From Candidatus Binatia bacterium (GTDB lineage Bacteria > Desulfobacterota > Binatia > Bin18): a DNA stretch of 64,000 nt. Positions 61,295 to 64,000 of this stretch are shown here, piece by piece. How positions within the stretch are numbered: position 1 is the stretch's first letter; each line of letters begins with the position of its first letter. The notes beneath the pieces were generated by a model. It was not told the origin of the DNA. It did no database searches and saw only the letters and a program-made list of their open reading frames with translations. Location of the stretch: positions 223,497-287,496 of the forward strand of contig CAXXHG010000015.1 of assembly GCA_963666315.2 (NCBI GenBank), given 5' to 3'. Made by a program: the position numbers and the translations under genes.

Positions 61295-61332
61295 GTGACG
61301 AATGTTAGGCTGTCCACAGAACTACTTCGCCT

Positions 61333-61941
61333 CTACTCCCAAAGCTTGACCACCGGTAGTCGCAATCCTGACAGAAGAGGCTCGCCTTTCAGAATGTCAG
61401 GTTCATCAAGACATTCGACCGCCACACTAAGCCGATAGATATAGACTCGCTTCTCTTGGGGATCCATAAGCCAACCCAGCTGGGCGCCATTCTCCATGTA
61501 TTCCTGCATCTTGGCTTGAAAAGCGGAAAGAGCATCAGAAAGCGAACGCAGCTCAACAACAAAATCCGGACACGGAAGCGGAAACTCGGCTTGTTGTTCC
61601 TCAGTCAGCGCTTCCCAACGAAGACGCCTGATCCAGGCGAGGTCTGGCGAACGTTTGGCCCCGTTCGGCAAAGTAAACCCGGTCGACGAATCAAAACCAA
61701 CACCAGTCCCATCTGCTTCAACCCAGCTCCCAAAGAGTGTTGTTAAGAGAAAATTACGCTGACCAGTCTTCCCCCCGGTAGGCGCCGTGATGACTAAATC
61801 CCCTCCATACGTCCGTTCAAATCGCCAGTCACAGTTCAGCTGGCAAAACTCAAAAAAATCATGATCACTCATCTTTTGCAGCACTGGGCCAAAATGGAGA
61901 ACAAGCGACGGTTCTTCTACCCCAGGGAGCGCCGTATTCAT
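61333..61941 (-). CDS. Uma2-family (DUF820) PD-(D/E)XK endonuclease
   Basis: FDSSTGFTLPNGAKRSPDLAW, CPDFVVELRS and KMQEYMENGAQLGWL motifs; start at ATG 61941. Confidence 0.92.
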   Translation of the reverse strand: MNTALPGVEEPSLVLHFGPVLQKMSDHDFFEFCQLNCDWRFERTYGGDLVITAPTGGKTGQRNFLLTTLFGSWVEADGTGVGFDSSTGFTLPNGAKRSPDLAWIRRLRWEALTEEQQAEFPLPCPDFVVELRSLSDALSAFQAKMQEYMENGAQLGWLMDPQEKRVYIYRLSVAVECLDEPDILKGEPLLSGLRLPVVKLWE

Positions 61942-61997
61942 AATTGACATCCTACCCGGCTGAGGGTAACGCTCAGACTTCACCCCGGTTAAGCAGG

Positions 61998-62770
61998 CTA
62001 AACCGAAGTCGTCAAAAACCGTTCAAGCATGGCATTCACCTGCTCCGGCACTTCCAATTGATGGAAATGCCCTGCCCCCACCGTTTGTCCGATCACAGCC
62101 TTGGGACACAGCTTCTGCAAACGAGGCACATCGGACAAGGATTGCGCAGCGAGCAGCACTAACAACGGCACTTGGCATTTTTGGACCATGCTTTCTGTGT
62201 CACACAGAATACCGCCGTCAAAAGCCGAGGACATCACATGCTGCGGCGCGGAGGACATGTCATCAAGAATCTGTGCCTTTCGGGCCTGATCATCGGTTGA
62301 GAGAAAAAGCGCATTAGAAACGAACTGGCGTTGTGCCTCACTATACTGGGGCGTCTTCAGCGCTGTGACTAACGGAGCAGTCGCGTCTAGTAGCGCATGC
62401 GGCGGTACGATAGGCGAATCGAGTGTAACAATCGCGCTCGGCATATCTGGGAACAGCGCGGCTAAACCAACGGCAATCACCCCACCCATACTATGGCCGA
62501 TGACAACGGGCTTCTGCACGCGAAGTTGATCACACAGCCACACAAGATCCTCCGCAAACGCCTGGACAGAGTAGTCCTGCTCCGGTTTATCGCTCTGCCC
62601 ATGCCCACGCAGATCAACGGCAATTACACGATGTTTTTTTGAAAGTGCGCAAACTGCGGAGCCATATAGCTATGGTCACACGTCCAGCCATGAACCAGCA
62701 GCAGCGACGGACCACCTGTGCCAGCCTCTTCAAAACACAGCTTTACTCCGTCATGTGCAAGAGATTGCAT
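61998..62770 (-). pseudogene. Alpha/beta hydrolase, frameshifted in an A-run
   Basis: MQSLAHDGVKL...LLLVHGW joins VDLRGHGQS...GHSMGG only if the A7 run (62634-62640) were A8. Confidence 0.82.
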
Positions 62771-62826
62771 ACGTCAGGCCTCCTTTTCGATCATATTTAG
62801 TGTGTTTTGACAGATCGATGTCCGTG

Positions 62827-63610
62827 TCAAGTTGGCCGGGAACTGCTCAAACGCCGACACCAGGATCGTCGCTCCTGATCGGCCTGGTTTGATTGAGCAA
62901 GCATGCGCCTAGAGGGAGACTGCGGCGATACGTGACATCGATAATGTGAAAGTTGCGCAATCAAGACATCCAGCAGGGCGTCCCCTCGGTCAAGGTCAGT
63001 CGTGGCAGAGCGACCAGAATACTGATTCCGCTGAGGACGTGCGACGGAATAGCGAGTAGAGTCTGAATGATCTCTGAAAGCGACCATATTCGCTGTCGGC
63101 GTTGGCTCTGCATCTCCTCCTTCCGTTCCCGATGGTCCAAGCAGACGCGTGATCTGAAAACCAAAGACTGGAAAATCCAAGGAGTAGCGTCCGGCAAAAA
63201 ACGGGTTTTCGTCAACCGACGCGCGTCGTTTTTCTGCATGAGTAATGCCACCCGTGAGGTCGACGATCCACTGGCCACGCTCAATAGAAATGCCAAAGGA
63301 GAACAGGTAGTCGGTGTTATCGGATAGAGTGGGTACAAGAGCACGGTCTTTGATCGCCCGCGGCTCATACGAAAAACCCCTGCGTAGTTTGACACCTTCG
63401 AAGAGTTCATACTGAATACCAGCGCCCACGCGCCAGCGATCCTTGGCCGCACCGACCGCTGTCGTATTCAAAAACGTCCGTTCGTCAAAGCGTAGTCCCG
63501 TATCCTGAAATACAGAGAGCGGCGTCCAGCGGGCTTGGCCCATAACCGTCAGGCGATCGGTCACGTGATAGGCGAACCCCAACTTTATATTCTGCGGAAT
63601 ATTGAAATAC
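62827..63610 (-). pseudogene. 3' half of an OmpP1/FadL/TodX-like outer-membrane transporter
   Basis: Alternating beta-strand pattern (PQ.IKLG.AY, W...S.F, G.GIQY, LR.GFSY...AI); no signal peptide or N-terminal half. Confidence 0.65.
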
Positions 63611-63613
63611 ACA

Positions 63614-64000
63614 GGCGAACGTCATAAAGGTCGAACAAGCCACGGGTGGCGACCCTTCGCGAGCCTTGCCATTCGTCGAAAATGATCGCAGCATCTACTT
63701 CATACAACAGAATCGTGGCAAGAAGAGTTTGTGCCTGGACTTCAAAAAACCCGACGGCATTGCACTCTTGCGCGCCGATACCCCATGTTGACGTAGTGAT
63801 TGAAAATTACGGTCCTGGCGTGATGGAACGACGCGGTCTCGACTATGAGTCATTAAAACAAATTAACGCTAAAATTATTATGTGCTCAGTATCTGCTTTC
63901 GGGCGACCGGGTTCCCTGTCCCACCTGACCGGGTACGACTATATCGCCCAAGGCTTCTCTGGGATAATGCACATGACCGGCGATCCTGATGGCCCCCCAC
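63614..64000 (+). pseudogene. 5'-truncated, frameshifted second CaiB/BaiF CoA-transferase (runs off the edge)
   Basis: ANVIKVEQATGGDPSRALPF...QQNRGKKSLCLDFK, a frameshift near 63777, then IPHVDVVIENYGPG...GYDYIAQGFSGIMHMTGDPDGPP; close paralog of 59829-61055. Confidence 0.82.

Overview
Ordinary chromosomal region of a roughly 55-60% GC Gram-negative bacterium (estimated by eye). Gene content (many F420-type LLM/PPOX oxidoreductases, SDRs, CaiB CoA-transferases, a stand-alone nuoI, secD-secF-recJ and maf-yggS-proC-yggT-yggU synteny) suggests a deltaproteobacterial-type lineage such as Candidatus Binatia; this is inference only. Housekeeping genes include recJ (5' part), secF, secD, yajC, tgt, queA, queG, coaBC, trmB, tkt, moeB, nuoI, folP, der, proC, thiC with a TPP riboswitch, tRNA-Val(CAC), and dnaA with upstream DnaA boxes but no adjacent dnaN or rpmH. 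The most unusual feature is a 2.9-kb mosaic inserted between tgt and queA. It holds two copies of a ~105-bp unit resembling the 5' end of a REP-associated HUH tyrosine transposase, a toxin-antitoxin pair with integron-cassette boundary signatures but clipped attC sites, and gene fragments, all joined at recurring AAA(G)GGAC motifs. No integrase or transposase gene is present in the window. Other notable items are a 5 x 13-bp array between divergent DHH-nuclease and RNase II-family genes, a 164-bp MITE-like element, several unrelated REP-like palindromes, enzymes with atypical motifs, and about eight broken genes, concentrated to the right of dnaA. No CRISPR array, rRNA or intact IS was seen. 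All product calls come from motif recognition, not database searches.
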